A stretch of DNA of 39,559 bases from Macrostomum lignano (taxonomy: Eukaryota): assembly GCA_002269645.1 (NCBI GenBank), contig NIVC01000033.1, positions 1,055,067-1,094,625 of the forward strand, read 5' to 3'. The notes beneath the pieces were generated by a model that made no database searches, was not told the DNA's origin, and saw only the letters and a list, made by a program, of their open reading frames with translations. Below are positions 23,502 to 35,355 of the stretch, piece by piece (the stretch's first letter is position 1; every line of letters starts with the position of its first letter). The position numbers were made by a program, and so were the translations under genes.

Positions 23502-23681
23502 TCAAGGATGCATGGGGCCACTCAAAGACGTGTACTGTCGATAGGGGACAGGCACAGCGACGGGTCTGTAGCCGTCCATCTGGTGGTAGCGCCGGCCCCA
23601 CTTCATTCGCAGCCAGTTGGGCGGCGCCATCGCGTGGACAGTGAACTCTCTGGAGAACGGGCCCTGGTTGCGCTGCTGGCC
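23502..23681 (-). CDS. Orphan gene exon 5 (terminal)
   Basis: Acceptor ttcctgcag, phase 0. Reads GQQRNQGPFSREFTVHAMAPPNWLRMKWGRRYHQMDGYRPVAVPVPYRQYTSLSGPMHP*. Confidence 0.75.
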   Translation of the reverse strand, partial: GQQRNQGPFSREFTVHAMAPPNWLRMKWGRRYHQMDGYRPVAVPVPYRQYTSLSGPMHP

Positions 23682-23750
23682 CTGCAGGAACCGGTAAAGT
23701 CAGCATAGGTCACTTAGTCACATTGAGCATTAAAAATCCTGATCCGGTTT

Positions 23751-24033
23751 ATCCTGGTCACCAACCTATGCTGATCACCAACGTATGCTGATCACCAACC
23801 TATGCTGATCACCCACCTATGCTGATCACCAACCTATCTTGATCACCCACCTATCTTGATCACCCTATTATCCTGATCACCCACCTATCCTGATCACCCA
23901 CCTATCCTGATCACCCACCTATCCTGATCACCCACCTATCCTGATCACCCACCTATCCTGATCACCCACCTATCCTGATCACCCGCCTATCCTTATCACC
24001 CACCTATGCTGATCACCCACCTATCCTGATCAA
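23751..24033 (+). repeat. 17-bp minisatellite (ctgatcacccacctatc), ~16 copies, in orphan gene intron 4
   Basis: tgatca recurs at 23891, 23908 and 23925. Confidence 0.93.
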
Positions 24034-24099
24034 CATCTGATAAACCGTTGGATTAGATATAAATGTTACCTATTAATCCTTTGCTGAGACTGAAATTAC

Positions 24100-24379
24100 C
24101 TTCTTATCAATCTGGAAGTGCCGCTGCGGGTTCAGCACCCACTGCAGGTCGCCAACGCCGCCAGTCTGTTGGCTGGCCTCGTACTGCTGCCTGGCCAGCA
24201 GCTGCTGCTGCCTGAGCTGCTGTCGGGTCATTTGAATGTCATGATCAGGGAAAGTGTCCTCGCGAGCTAGCAGGCTGCCGGGCTCCTTGGCTGCCGATCT
24301 GAGCACTGGCGTCGGCCTGGTGTTGTTCTGATTCTGGCTGCTCGCCATGCTCATCAGGGTGTGGCTGCGACCGAGTAGT
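24100..24379 (-). CDS. Orphan gene exon 4
   Basis: Acceptor attacag (phase 2). Reads LLGRSHTLMSMASSQNQNN...QQLRQQQLLARQQYE...FQIDKK, then donor gtaatt (phase 0). Confidence 0.8.
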
Positions 24380-24451
24380 CTGTAATCAATTTTAGCGTTC
24401 TTCACACTCAATATCTAAGCTGCACTACTGATTAAGTAGTCAAATACAAAC

Positions 24452-24613
24452 CTGTTGACTTGCGGCACCCGGGCTCCTGGCAGCACCAGACGCGGGGTTG
24501 AGGACGGTGCGACAACGGCCTGACGAAACGAAGGACCGGCGTAGATACGAAAGGCTCTGGTCGGCAGCGGGTACTTCCACTGGTTCAGCTGGCTCTCGCC
24601 TTTCTCGCCCAGG
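24452..24613 (-). CDS. Orphan gene exon 3
   Basis: Acceptor tcaacag and donor gtttgt, both phase 2. Reads LGEKGESQLNQWKYPLPTRAFRIYAGPSFRQAVVAPSSTPRLVLPGARVPQVN. Confidence 0.78.
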
Positions 24614-25136
24614 CTGTTGACGTTAAGGGCAAATTCGGTTTATGCCACGAGTAGTTTAGTTGCAATCTAAAGACTAAATTAACAAAAAGCTGGTTTGACA
24701 GTTAAGATAGTCTCTTCAAAACAACGTCAAACAACCAGCTGAAAGTCCATATTAGCTTCCAATGATGTAAATTCTGAGGACTTTATATGCTTAATTATTA
24801 TTTATTTTAGAGGCAGGGGGCTGTGTGCACCCTGGGGAACTTTAAGCGACATTGTCACACAACCGGTCAGAGGCATTACTGCCCATTCCGCCGACTCCCC
24901 TGAGCAGGCACACAAGCGCGCGGATACGTACGCAGTCATACGCACAGGCACACACTCACACAGGAGTGTACAGCGGCCCTAACTTTATTTATCGTTAGGC
25001 ATGTACACTTCACTGCGCCTTGGGGGTTGGGTCTCAAGGCCGTTAATTGCACGAGCAGAGCCAAGCCGAAATTTCAAATTTAGCCTCAAATTAATGCGAC
25101 TGCACTTGGAGCCGCTGGCCAAATGTAAATGCTTAC

Positions 25137-25356
25137 TTCTCATAAGGATTAGTGTGGGTGTACCCGTATCTGGAGTAGATACCACCCACGTCCTCGTAGT
25201 CTGGCGTGGCCGGCAGCCGAGGCAGCCTGTAGGGCGTCTCCCGGGTGTCCTGATCTGCTGGCAGCCGGAATCCGACGGGCATCTCGCCGAGCTGAGGCAG
25301 ACCCTTGGCGGGGCGCTGGTCGCTGCGATGGGGTTGGAGGGATCGGAGCTCCTTAA
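25137..25356 (-). CDS. Orphan gene exon 2
   Basis: Acceptor ccaaccag (phase 1) and donor gtaagc (phase 2). Reads KELRSLQPHRSDQRPAKGLPQLGEMPVGFRLP...YSRYGYTHTNPYE. Confidence 0.78.
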
Positions 25357-25417
25357 CTGGTTGGCACAAGGTTAAAGCAACTCTTTGGTCTTTGGTTTAT
25401 GCTGAATGTACAGCTAA

Positions 25418-25700
25418 ATTTGTACAGTTTGTACAGACTGGAAGCCAGGATTGGTACAGTTTGTACGGACTGGAAGCCGGGATTTGTACAGTTTGTACAG
25501 ACTGGAAGCCGGATTGGTACAGTTTGTACAGACTGGAAGCCGAGATTTTACAAACTGTACGAGATTGGTACAGTCTGTACAGACTAGAATCCGGGATTGG
25601 TAGAGTCTGTACAGACTGAAAGCCGAGATTGGTACAGTTTGTACAGACTGGAAGCCGAGATTGGTACAGTCTGTACAGACCGGAAGCCGGGATTGGTACT
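25418..25700 (+). repeat. 32-bp degenerate minisatellite (gattggtacagtttgtacagactggaagccgg) in orphan gene intron 1
   Basis: Units start at 25449 and 25481; about 8-9 copies. Confidence 0.9.
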
Positions 25701-25812
25701 GAAGCTTTCACAGAAGCTAAAAAGTGGTTGTCAACTTATCTGCGCAATGCATTAAAATCCGTGATAACAACAGCTGCAAGAATCTGCGTTCACTCCAGAC
25801 TCCAGTACTCAC

Positions 25813-25819
25813 CCCGCAT
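25813..25819 (-). CDS. Orphan gene putative first coding segment (ATG CGG G)
   Basis: ATGCGGG|gtgagt gives the phase-1 donor that exon 2 needs, yielding MRVKELRS...; the frame may start further upstream. Confidence 0.45.
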
Positions 25820-26692
25820 GTCGTTCAGTAAGCATAACCCCAATTTTCGGCTAAAGGTTTACTGTGAGGTTAACAGTCAGATCGGTAGATGCACAAACAC
25901 CACAAGCTATTAAGAAGGATAACTGTATTTGAAGATGGAGTTCAGGCTGCTCAGGCTCAGCGCCGGCTAAATGGCTGCTGCTGTCTTGATTTCTTTGAGA
26001 ATGCTCAAATAGAGAGCGAGAAAAAAGAGAGAAAGGGATGAGAGAGGGACGAGCAGAGAGAAATACGCGCATAGCACTTAACCAGACAGTTAGCTGGGTT
26101 TGCACTCGCACTATAATAATAGCCTGAGCAAGCCGCTTTAATTCAGCTCAGAGCTAAGGGGCAGTGTCACCGACAGACGTGCACAGACCATGGATGCTTT
26201 TGCTCTGCTATAAAAAAGGTCTCACACTTTAGATATTGAGCCGGGGGTGGCGGGGTTGCAATTGCACACTTCGGCCTCAAAATACGCAGTTATGCCGAAA
26301 ATCAAATGGCGACATTATTGTGGTCGCATGCTCATTTCTTGCTAACCATAAGCCCATGAACCAAGATGCCTTTAATTACAACCTCTGTGCTTTTCGATTT
26401 GGCCCTTAAAATTGGATTGGATTGAAAGACTAGCTCTAGATTGCAATAGATAGAGGTCTACTGACCCCAATTAATGTTGTCAAGCGCGGATTTGAACTTG
26501 ACTTTCCTAGAAATAAGTCGGGAGGCTGGGGAAGGTAAGTATATTTGTCGTATCGCCAGTGCCTTTCTTAAGGCACTTCTACCGCAGTTGTACATGATTC
26601 GAACCTACAGTATGTCCAAGGACTTAAATGTGAGAGTAATACACACTACCACTTCGCCGACCGGTCCCTATAAGCTATTCCTTATAGAGAGT

Positions 26693-26945
26693 TGTAGCCT
26701 AATGATTAGAGCGTCGGACACACGACTGGAAGGACCGGGGTTCGATTCTCGATCCACTCGGAACAATTTGTGTCCATGAGTAAGACACTTAACTCTGATT
26801 GAGGGTGTGTGTGGCGACCCCCATTTCCTGGACTGAACAGCCGTACGCAACCTTCAGATGCGCCGCGCAATAGCTGCGGCTGAGCTGTCGGTTGCACATC
26901 GCGGCCCATTAGGGCAGGTGTAATGAAATATTATTATTATCGTTA
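26693..26945 (+). mobile_element. tRNA-derived SINE, copy 3, with an internal deletion
   Basis: TGTAGCCTAATGATTAGAGCGTCGGACACACGA...GGTTCGATTC head, the same 3' body and a (TAT)n tail. Lacks ~55-60 nt between acttaactctg and attgagggtg that the other copies have. Confidence 0.85.
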
Positions 26946-27759
26946 TTAGTTATTCAATAATCAGGTAATTCCTCAACTGGAATGTCTCGAATCGCTTTGA
27001 GTTTTATTAGTACATAAACAGTAGATATAGAAGTACGATATTAATAGTAAAAAGTTCCACCCTCAAAGAGCAGCCCATCGCTTCACTCACCAAAAGTTCC
27101 AAAAACTTCCTTTATTTCCTGTCTTCTTTTATCTGCTTTGACTTTGATTTGCAAACAATAGCGAACAATGGAAGATCTCTGATGCTCTCAACCTTCTAGT
27201 GCGACTCGCGGGGCCAAGCAGCAGACTTTATCTGCAACATCCTCTCTGCTCAACCATCTCCCCCGTGTCCCAGTTCACCTTGCTGACTCTTCCAACAGAC
27301 TGTGAGCTGAGAGAGAGAGGCGCAGCTCATTGACCGCGGTCGGTCCGTACGCAGCCTGCATGCATTCCATGCCAGGCAAATACGGCAATGGCCAACCACC
27401 GCCACCCCAATGCTTTTTAGCCAAGCAAGCAAAAGCTTGACAATGGCTGATGGCTGCTGGGTGATGGCGGGAAGTCTCTCAGCAAACCGGCATGCACTCA
27501 GAGCCACTACAGTGGGGTGCGTGGACTCCACTGCAACGCAAGCTGCATCATCCTGCGGACTCAGTTGCCACGGAGGGGACGGTCGCTTCTTGTTTGCTTT
27601 TTAACTTCTTTCTGCAATTGAAGCTCAGTCTCCCCTGCTGTGGAATTCCACGCTTCAGTGTCATAGAATTTTATTTTACTGCAATAATTCCATTTCTTTC
27701 GGTGAAGCAAAGGCCAGAATAGAAACCCCAAAATCCAAAATTGAAATTAGGCGCCTTGA

Positions 27760-28178
27760 TGGGCTACGGTAGATTGGCAATCCATTTTATTCCTGCATCC
27801 TTGTGGGCTAGATTAGCAATCCATTCTATTCCTGCATCCTTGTGGGCTAGATTGGCAATCCATTCTATTCCTGCATCCTTGTGGGCTAGATTGGCAATCC
27901 ATTCTATTCCTGCATCCTTGTGGGCTAGATTGGCAATCCATTCTATTCCTGCATCCTTGTGGGCTAGATTGGCAATCCATTCTATTCCTGCATCCTTGTG
28001 GGCTAGATTAGCAATCCATTCTATTCCTGAATCCTTGATGGGCTAGATTAGCAATCCATTCTATTCCTGAATCCCTGTGGGCTAGATTGGCAATCCATTC
28101 TATTCCTACATCCTTGTGGGCTAGATTGGCAATCCATTTTATTCCTGCATCCTTGTGGGCTAGATTACCAATCCATAA
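27760..28178 (+). repeat. 39-bp minisatellite (gattggcaatccattctattcctgcatccttgtgggcta), ~10.5 copies
   Basis: tgtgggctag recurs at 27841 and 27880. Confidence 0.95.
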
Positions 28179-29141
28179 ATCACTTCAGGATGAGCTCCGT
28201 CTAAGCGAGTAGAGAACCATAACTCTGTATAGCAAGTTCCAGCGGAAAGCATTAAAGTACATCACACCTGCTCTCCATTGTTCTGCAGAGAAAATTCATT
28301 GCTTCGCTTGGAGCCTCGCCAAACTCACTTTGCTCTAGCTGAGTTCTCCGTTACCATGGAAACGGCTATTGGATTTTCTAGAAAGAAAAAGAAGCTTGCC
28401 ACACCTTTTAGCTCTCAACTTCTTTAAGCTCCCTGAGGCTCAATGGAAGGAATTTAAAAAAAATGTTTGCCATAAGAGGCAGGTGCATAATTCATTTAGC
28501 AATTTTAGCCGAAATGGTTCGTGATTTAAAAACCAATGGCTGCAAAATATTATCTTGTTCGATATTGTTTAACACGTGACTGCATTGCTTTATTCCCTAC
28601 GAAATTGATTGAATATTTCGGAATCGTAGCAAATGTTTTGCTATTCCGTTTAATAGGTTTTTCTGAATAATAAACTTTTTCAATCGTAGATCATAAGCTT
28701 AAGAAAATCTAAAAAGGTTTGAGATTAAGACAAACGCCCGTATAACAAAGAAAATATGAGACACTATAATAGCATTAAGACAAATGGTGTGATAGGGCGC
28801 AGTTGAAAAAGGTGTGTCAGAATTACAATCCGATGTAGATAACGAGCATTGGTTTAAGCAATTTTGTCTTTCGCTCAAGCTACTCAAAGTAGTAATTACA
28901 AGGCAGTAAAAGATTTTATTAATGAAGCGGTTCGGAATAACCGGAAGAAACATTAAAATAGGACTCCAGTGACAACAGCTAGCTAGATGGGACCGCGTGT
29001 TTAAATATAAAAATAACAAGGTATAGTTTAAAGATATTATATATAGATCGGTAATGTTATACGTGTGCTGTTGGTTAGTTTAAAAAGTGTTTTTTTTTAG
29101 TTCTTTCCTTCTTCACTCAATGGACTCCCCCCACATGCTGC

Positions 29142-29371
29142 TCAAAGGCTAGAGGGCTGAATCTCATTGTCGAAATCTTCAAACATGCTCTTCGCTCGTG
29201 TCTGAGCAGTCGAGGCTTTGTGCGCCCAGGCGTCCTTGACAACCGGGGCGCCGCCATCGCGCCTGGCGGAGTCGCTGACGCGAGATCGATTGCGCCGGAA
29301 CTTTGAGGCCATCAGGAAGAGCAGCTGGATGAACTCTGTGCAGGAGATGATGCTCAAGCCAGCCCAGAGTC
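29142..29371 (-). CDS. DEG/ENaC paralogue 1, terminal exon (end of TM2 and C-tail)
   Basis: Acceptor ccacag at 29373-29372. G|GA CTC TGG gives GLWAGLSIISCTEFIQLL, with the GxS filter as GLS. Confidence 0.92.
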
Positions 29372-29475
29372 CTGTGGTTTTTTGAAATATCGTTGCGTTG
29401 TGTTGTGTCAAATAATCAACTTACTGCATGAAGATAGTCATGCAAGGATGTCATTATAAAACAAACTATACTCAC

Positions 29476-31159
29476 CCAGAACTCCGCCAACATCGGACCA
29501 GAACTGCTCGGGTGGGTAAGAGTATTTCTCCACAGTGCTGACGCCTTCGTTCCCGTTAGCCAGTAGTACAACTCGCGTAAACAGCAGGCGCGTGCTCAGG
29601 CCGAGCTTGAAGAGGTTCTTGCCGACTCGCTCCAAGTCGCCATAATAGACGCTGTTGTTTATGGCCCATTCCTTATATAAATTGCTAGTCTTGGCCACTT
29701 CGTCCAGTTTGGCTTGGAAGTTTTTGTCGCTGAATTCGGAGATAAGCTTGGTGGAGAGGCTGCTGAAGGGGTAGGCTACAGTCTCGCATGGTTTCAGACA
29801 GCTTTCCTTATAGCCTTGGTTCGCAGCTAGAAATGCCTCGGCGTCCTTGTGACACTGGCGTCTGGTCAAGATGCCAGTAGCTTGGGCCAATGCCATCGAA
29901 TCCAGGTAGGTAGTGTTCCATTTGCTCCAGTAGGAGTAGTTGCAGGGAAGTGTCAGATTTACTGTGGCGTTCCAGCAGAGCGTGAAATTCGTCGACGCAA
30001 CGTACCGATCGATGTACTGAACAGTTTTATTGGCGACAGTCGTGTATGGATACTGGATGAGACTGGGATCGATTTCGTGACAGTAGGGCTTGGTGCTGGC
30101 CAGAGACGACGGCACGAGGTACTTCTCAGACAGGCAGGAACACCTGCCGACTATGATCTCCTGGGCCTTGACACTTTCGCAGGCATCTTTAGTGTAAGCA
30201 AACGATCTCAGTTTATCAAATTGCAGCAGGGTCAAAGGGCTCGGATTCTCAGCGCACTTTTTTACAGGCGAGTTGATCGACTTGGACCGTTCGATTCCGG
30301 CGCTAATAACGTAGTTGCGCGTCTCCGATACCTGCACATCCTGCGAGTGGTCCGGAACCGTGTTCGGCGGATGAACGTACATGGAGTAGCCAAAGTTGAA
30401 GTCAAACCTCTCCATATTGGTAATTGCTTTGTAGTAAGGAACGCTCGGATTCTGTACAAATATGAAGGAGAACAGCATTAGATCCAGGGCGCTCTGCTCA
30501 CCAGCCTGGAATACCCGCCTGTCTGTCATAGAAACGGTAACGCAAGCTTCACTCAGAGGATCGAAGAAAATCGTCATGTTCCAGGGTCCGCAAGTTTCGC
30601 CCCGAAAGTTGCAATAGAGGACGGTTGTCACCGGATTCCGTGTCATGTTGGCCTCGACCGTGTACTTACGAAGCGAGTAGCGAGCAATCTCTGGGGCGAT
30701 GAAGCCCTCACCAGCGGCTGTCCAGAAATTGTACGTGTTGCGGAAGGCTGTCTGGACGCTGAGATCACCGCCTAGTGATGGTATGGTAGCGTTGGAGTCC
30801 TGCGTACAGGCCAGATCGCGACGGCACCATACGGACTCGTGATAAGGTTGATTTGGGCAGAATGTCACGTCGGGCAGCACAAACGGCTCGCTGTTGTACT
30901 TCGTCTCCACGGTGACAATGTACTGCAAATAGTTTATGGCCAGGAGTATGATGTGCACCCCGAACGCAATCAGGGCGCAGCAGATAATGAGCATCCAGAG
31001 ACGACGCACTGCTTTGTTCTCTACTCGCAGCTTATAGAAACCATGTGCCGTCGTGTGCTGTAGAAAATTGTTGAGAAGAGGCTCCGGTTGTTGGCCTCCT
31101 ATAACTGGGTTATCTACCGACTCCTCCGCTTTGGGAAGATTCTCTTGAGAGCTCGACAT
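29476..31159 (-). CDS. DEG/ENaC (amiloride-sensitive channel family) paralogue 1, main exon; 637 aa spliced
   Basis: TTAHG pre-TM1 motif, TM1, FVLPDVTFC, FDPLSEACVT, Cys-rich thumb, and WSDVGGVLG|gtgag donor at 29475 (phase 1, 104-nt intron). A likely 5'-UTR intron lies at 31190-31282. Confidence 0.93.
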
Positions 31160-31282
31160 TCTTCAAACATGAATTACTGTTTTGGCTCACTGGAGATTGA
31201 AACAAGTAAGAACTGTCGGGTATGCATGCTAACTGAGAGGCAGGTGGTTAAGCTTTAAATTAGTTAAAGGAGCGAGACTTAC

Positions 31283-32347
31283 CACCGATGACGCTAGTCT
31301 CCACTGGGTTTGATTGCCGTCTCCAATACAACTATCAAGGTCCAGGCGTGAAATTTAAGTTTGCCCAATCTTCTTTAGTCAATTTCTCACGGGTGGGTCT
31401 GCATGTTTTTCCTCTTTTGTCGGCCTCTTTTTTAAAGCTTTCTGATGAAGAACCGAGGAAATTAACTTTGCCCGCACCTCAGTCTCGTCCCCGTTACTAA
31501 AAAAGCAATGCGTGGGTGAGTGGCTGATTGCCGAATAGGGAGCTGCGCTGGAAGATTGGCAGCAAGTTTTCTTGCATTTCGATTGGCCGCGAACTGCAGC
31601 GGAGTTGGCAACAGCCGGAAAATAAGTATTGGTCGTTTGTTGAAGGAGAAAATTTTTGCTCCTTCCCGCAAACCTGAGCACCACAGCGCCTGACTTTTTG
31701 AGAAGAAAATTAGATTTCCCCCTTCTCACTCACGCGTGGATCGATAGCGCTGGTCTGTGTGGCCTTCCGTTTTCCATCTTCCTCAGGGTCAATGCAACAG
31801 CCGCTAGCTAAGAAAAACTAACACCCGAGAGCCTTGTAGTGAGCCTTCGTTAGAGAAGGAGAGGTTATTTCAGCTTTCTATTAATAATTCAGAGCTTGTA
31901 ATGCCCTTCCTCGCAGTTACCAAGGCGACGGCAGTGCTACGAATCACAAAGTCTAATATTCCAGGCGAAATTTTCTTCAGAATTTCTACCTCTCCTGAAG
32001 CCTCATCAACTTGATTAAGTCTCTCTTCCTAAACTCACGGATTGGACCACCCATGAATAACTGCCCCCTCCCCCACACTCAGCAGGCCGTCCCTTTGGTA
32101 AGCGAAACTTTTAAAGTGACCGTCACGGTTAGAGACTCCGGTTGTCAACGGCAACCAGCAAAATCACCGGCACGGTAGATTGCCGCCCATCGTTTTTACT
32201 GCCTTGTCGGTGCTTTTGTGCCAGAAAGAACACAGAGAGAGCTTTAAAACCCGCAGGAAAAGAATTGGTCCCAAAGGACTGTCGTGATTTAAATTGTCCA
32301 TTTCCACTACTCAATTGTCTTAATACGAGCATTTTGGTCTTAATGAG
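31283..32347. promoter_or_regulatory. Candidate bidirectional promoter region between the divergent DEG/ENaC genes
   Basis: About 1.1 kb between the two presumed 5'-UTR intron donors, with several ATTGG (CCAAT) motifs near 31555, 31581 and 32041. Confidence 0.4.
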
Positions 32348-32496
32348 GTAAGACTTCATCTCTCTCTGAAATAACCGTAGCAATAGTTTTATTAGTAGCC
32401 AGAAAATACATTATAATTATAGCTTACACAATTTCATCGTATAATCTTATAATTAAACTGTCGATGTCTGTTTCTATTTGCTCGAATAGGCTAGAG

Positions 32497-34125
32497 ATGG
32501 ACGAGATTAAAAAGGAAAATGCTGCTCAAAGTGGCATTACATGCGATGAACCCCAGGACTCCGACAAAATACCTTCGCAAGAAGACGGAAACGGCAGCGC
32601 TGGTATAGTATCCGAGTTCTTCGTGACTACAACGGCTCATGGTTTCCTGCATATTGTTCAAAACTCGATTTACCTCCGCATTGTCTGGGCTCTGCTTATT
32701 GTGATCGCGTTTGGAGGATTTGGCCTCCATCTGAGCACTTTGGTGGAAAAGTACTTGTCCTATCCGCTGACGACAGAGATCCGGTATTCGGAGGTTGAGT
32801 TCGAATTCCCTGACGTGACGGTCTGCCTTACAACAAAGTACAGGCACTGCCTCAACATTGACGTCCGCGATCCAAGAATCGGTCTGGTGACTAATAGCAC
32901 TGTGCCAAGTCTTGGAAATTACCACTTCTGGTCGGCACTAAACAATACCTTTACGTTTTGGAAGCAGGCTTACGGATTGAAGGATGACCTATTGATCAAA
33001 TACAGCACTGTCGGTATGCGAGGCTACACGTACGAGATCAACATAACGAATCGGCGCACCGATATCGCCACGGGAATCGAGTACAAGCAAAAAGCTTTAA
33101 ATCTCGACAATGTCGTGGCCTACGACGACCCGAGCTGTTCCGCTGCGCCACTGTGCGACCTAAGGACCGAGCCATCAATTCTGTCAACGATGCCATGGGT
33201 CTCATACTCAGCATATTCGATCAGTACATTGGAAATAAGACCACTCCGCTGATAGACCGAGCCTGGGTTGCCGGCGTGCGAGTCACGCTTAGCGAGCCGA
33301 ACGCCCGGCCAAACTTGATCAACTCATTCATCGTGCCACCTGGCACCATCAAGCATACAAAGGTTTCCATGACCAGGCAGGAAAAGCGAAAGACGCCAAA
33401 GCAGGATTGTTACGAAAGCTCTAACGACCTGCCCATTCAGGTGTTGAATCCGGATGGCACGCTATCCAGCTATCGCTATACCCAGTCTGACTGCAGAGAG
33501 CTCGAATTACAAAAATATGTAATGCGAAAGTGCGGCTGCGTGAGCAACTTTAAACTGGTCCCGGCCGAGTTCAAGTCGCTGTCTGGCAGCCTGAAATATT
33601 GCCTCGACTTGGACCCAACGATCCTCAAGGCTAAGAAGATTTTTCTGGCCAACAGTTCCTCTAACGGGTCTCAGACGCTTTTAGTTGAAAAGTTCGATTC
33701 ATCAGTGGTGCCCATGGAATTGATCCTGGCGCAAACTGGTTTTCGGGCCCAGCATGAGTGCCACTTGAAGGCTCTTGGGGATTTTGTTGCTTCGGCGGAG
33801 ACCTGTCCACCGAGCTGCGTAGCGTACACCTACCAGGCCTACTCGTCCGAGTCTCTGTGGCCGTTTCAGATCGATCAATACTTTGCCGAGCGAATTCTCA
33901 ATCTGTTCCAGTCGGCCTACAACTACAGCCTGGAGAAGGGCCTGCCGGTGCCGCTGTTCAAATGCTTCGAGGCTGGCGCTACCATCACCTCGAAGGACTA
34001 CTGGAAGATGATCGGCTACTTCAACCGGGTGGTGATATCGTCAAATAGTCTGCGGGGCACGCAGTACCAGGAAAAGGAAAGCTACCCACTGGCTGGTCTG
34101 TTCTCCAATATGGGCGGCATTCTTG
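32497..34125 (+). CDS. DEG/ENaC paralogue 2, main exon, interrupted by one apparent 1-bp deletion at 33129-33131; 583 aa if corrected
   Basis: TTAHG, FEFPDVTVC, YDDP/ELFRCATV across the frameshift, CGC thumb motif, and LFSNMGGILG|gtgag donor at 34126 (phase 1). Start at ATG 32497 after the acceptor at 32488-32489; 5'-UTR intron 32348-32489. Confidence 0.88.
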
Positions 34126-34207
34126 GTGAGTGGCAGACTAGACGCTACGCGTAACCGACGCGTATTGAAATTTTCAATCATAACTCCCTCAAATCTCACA
34201 CTGACAG

Positions 34208-34329
34208 GACTCTACGTTGGCGTGAGCGTGATATCGGTGTGCGAATTTCTCGAATTTCTCACCCTGCTGACCGTTCACTGGGTGAATCGAAAAAATCGAT
34301 CTTCGAGTAGAAACGAGGCTGCGACTTAA
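34208..34329 (+). CDS. DEG/ENaC paralogue 2, terminal exon
   Basis: Acceptor ctgacag at 34206-34207. Reads GLYVGVSVISVCEFLEFLTLL...AAT*, filter GVS, 82-nt intron. Confidence 0.92.
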
Positions 34330-35355
34330 GCTGTCGAACGGTATTAATCCTGTCATATTAGATATGCATGGGCTCACTTCTGCGCAACATATTCGAATAT
34401 TTACAGTCGCCTCCGTATAGGCAATTGACAAAAGGTGGAAAACTTTGAATGCTCTAGACTTTAATATCTTACTGCAACCATGAAATATTCATATCGTGCT
34501 TATATCTGCTTATAAATAGATTACGTTTTTGCACAAATTAATTACTATAGAACATATTTTGTTAACTTTTTAGAAGTCCCCGGTAGTATCCAGCTTGCGA
34601 TTCGTTGCCATGCAGAGCTATAATCTTTACCTTAAACCCTGTTGATACGCTCGTGCGAGTGTATTCTGCAGAATACGGATAATTCAGCTACGAGTAGATG
34701 ATCTTTTCGCAAGCTTGACTACTACTTGCATATAGTAGTACGTCAGTGCTGGCTCGAACATGCCTCTATTTTCTACTTCGAAGTATGAGCTATTTTTGCA
34801 CGAAAGTCTCTCAATAGTTGCTCGCACCAATCTTGATTACAATACTTTTGCTGTATTTTTTGACGTAGTCTGTGTAAGTTTTACAAAGGCTACTTTATTG
34901 ACTAAATAAAACTTCTAAGCATCGAAAGCCGATCTCTGTTTTTATCGATTCGGCAATCGACAAAAAGAAAAAGAGCTTCAAGTGTTTAGGCCTGCCATAC
35001 ATGATTAAACCACATAAGTACCGCTGTATGTGGTGAGCCACCAGAATTTTCCTGATAAAAGTGGACAGGTTCTGACTGGTACAGTCTGGATCGGTATTTT
35101 TAGCTGAGCCGTTTTTCTATAGATATTCAGCAAGTGGCTCTTAAAAATAGAAAGCAATTTACATGGCGACCTCGCATTTCGGCGCTTATCTGCTAAGCTT
35201 GATGCTTCACAGGCATTAAGTAACGCCTAAATACTTAAAGACACTCCTGCATTGACCTTGCCCGATGTTTCAAGCCGCATTTTCAACTAGCTTGTTGGCG
35301 GAATATTTCTAATTCTGCTTCTTTCTTACACAGATCGTGCGGCGTCCAACTTGTT

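Noticed and set aside
24790-24970. Possible tail of a second SINE family after an (ATT)n-like tract
   Set aside because: Single occurrence in the window, with no Pol III boxes found.
27250-27722. Overlapping short ORFs between SINE copy 3 and the 39-bp array
   Set aside because: No recognisable domain and no phase-consistent exon chain could be built.
32464-32496. MSVSICSNRLE as the N-terminus of DEG/ENaC paralogue 2
   Set aside because: It lies in the 5'-UTR intron ending at the acceptor 32488-32489; ATG 32497 is preferred.
33129-33131. Programmed ribosomal frameshift in DEG/ENaC 2
   Set aside because: No X XXY YYZ slippery heptamer or obvious stimulatory structure, and the same +1 defect recurs in unrelated genes, so an assembly indel is simpler.
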